DNA from: a virus
Taxonomy: Duplodnaviria > Caudoviricetes
IMG/VR virus record: IMGVR_UViG_3300042465_002123
Coordinates: 1-56,208 of that record
DNA: 56,208 nucleotides
Strand: one strand, 5' to 3'
Numbering within the stretch: the stretch's first letter is position 1; each line of letters starts with the position of its first letter. Shown piece by piece: positions 55,368 to 56,208 of this stretch. The translations under genes and the position numbers were made by a program. The notes below the pieces were generated by a model that was not told the DNA's origin, did not search any database, and saw nothing but the letters and a program-made list of their open reading frames with translations.

Positions 55368-55736
55368 TTATCCTTGAACGGTTGTGACGACCCATGCTTG
55401 GGTTTCTTCATTCCAAGCAAACGGGCCACCTTCTGTGGGCATCGGGGTTGGGGCATTCCACAGGCAAGTGTCTTCTGACAATGTCCAGCTTGGGAACGGC
55501 TTGGGTGGAATGAAGGCATCACGCGCCTCATCGTAGGTAAAGCCAACGCCAGCGTAGTTCATACGCAGTTGCTCACGACCACTAGGTTGACCGTCCTGCC
55601 CGTAGTGAACGCCGCCACGGGTGTTGTACGAGGTCTGAACCCAGCCGTGACCTACAGCGCCAGTGTCAATGAAGTCTTGTTCTGCAACGATGACCTGAGC
55701 AACAACGCCGTTTTCAATTTTTGCAAAGTGTGCCAT
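55368..55736 (-). CDS. Tail-fibre-associated protein (MAHFA...WVQTSYN family)
   Basis: Start MAHFAK (TAATG coupling); LR.NYAG.G.TYD..RDAFIPPKPFPSW. Confidence 0.75.
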   Translation of the reverse strand: MAHFAKIENGVVAQVIVAEQDFIDTGAVGHGWVQTSYNTRGGVHYGQDGQPSGREQLRMNYAGVGFTYDEARDAFIPPKPFPSWTLSEDTCLWNAPTPMPTEGGPFAWNEETQAWVVTTVQG

Positions 55737-56176
55737 TAGACCGATACTCCCATGTTGATTTGTTTTAGCTGTTCCACAGTAGTCACTGCGGTGATTGATG
55801 CCTCTGTCGCAGTTGCCCACGCAATGACATCTGCACGGTATTTTGCAACATCAGCAGGGATGTCTACATTGCGCTCTGCCTTGCGGATGACATGCCAATC
55901 AGTCTGTGCAAGCGTCACGTTCGCATTGTGCTTGACTTGGGTAATCCACCGTGACTTTAAGCCCCTGTAGACGAGGCGCTCTGCGGTGTTGACCATAGCG
56001 CCATGCTCACCTACTGTTGCGTCAAAGACTTGAACGTACAGCGGGTTGCCGTCCTTGTCAGATTCTTCACGGTCTTCCAATTCTTTTGGAACACCTGTGT
56101 ACGAGCCGTCTGAGTTTTGAGTGACCCAGTAATACTGGTCGTCTGGGCGTACTTCGTCTTGTCTGGTGAATGTCAT
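55736..56176 (-). CDS. Tail fibre assembly chaperone-like protein
   Basis: 146 aa. LA.TDW.VIRK.E....IP..V..YR..V; follows the fibre gene across the genome junction (5' end duplicated at 1-157). Confidence 0.6.
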   Translation of the reverse strand: MTFTRQDEVRPDDQYYWVTQNSDGSYTGVPKELEDREESDKDGNPLYVQVFDATVGEHGAMVNTAERLVYRGLKSRWITQVKHNANVTLAQTDWHVIRKAERNVDIPADVAKYRADVIAWATATEASITAVTTVEQLKQINMGVSV

Positions 56177-56208
56177 GTTCTTTCCTTATCGTGCGTTAGC
56201 GTATTTGA
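56020..56208. repeat. Terminal direct repeat / circular overlap, copy 2
   Basis: 187/189 identical to positions 1-189. Confidence 0.97.

Noticed and set aside
1-56208. tRNA/rRNA genes, integrase, alternative genetic code
   Set aside because: None recognised by eye; ORFs tile the genome densely under the standard code. A tRNAscan run would be needed to exclude tRNAs formally.

Overview
The window is an apparently complete, circularly permuted genome of a tailed dsDNA phage. A 189-bp end-to-end overlap gives a unit length of about 56,019 bp. No tape measure or major tail tube is recognisable, so the virion is probably podovirus-like; a (beta)proteobacterial aquatic host is an inference only. 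The minus strand carries one long morphogenesis run that wraps the ends: TerS, TerL, two large modular proteins, portal, GroES-like co-chaperonin, scaffold, major capsid, adaptors, Gly-rich/lectin tail fibres, then (across the junction) lysis genes, tail nozzle, a lone QueC-like gene and putative ejection proteins. Also on the minus strand are small early genes with repeated promoters (28.1-31.7 kb), a primase-helicase with an iteron-like origin beside it, a c4-like structured RNA and Cro-like regulators. The plus strand carries an APSE/BPP-1-type replication module (DUF2800 nuclease, DUF2815 SSB, Leu762-type PolA, VRR-NUC, SNF2 helicase). The most striking unexplained pattern is a short motif, approximately [YFML]-[AK]-x-G-G-x-[VI], repeated roughly 30 times across five otherwise unrelated virion-region proteins. 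It sits at domain and base-composition boundaries. This suggests a 'double-glycine' polyprotein processing or capsid-loading system that packages interchangeable cargo domains (ASCH, Gp88-like, GNAT-like and others). All family assignments are from recognising motifs by eye; no searches were run.
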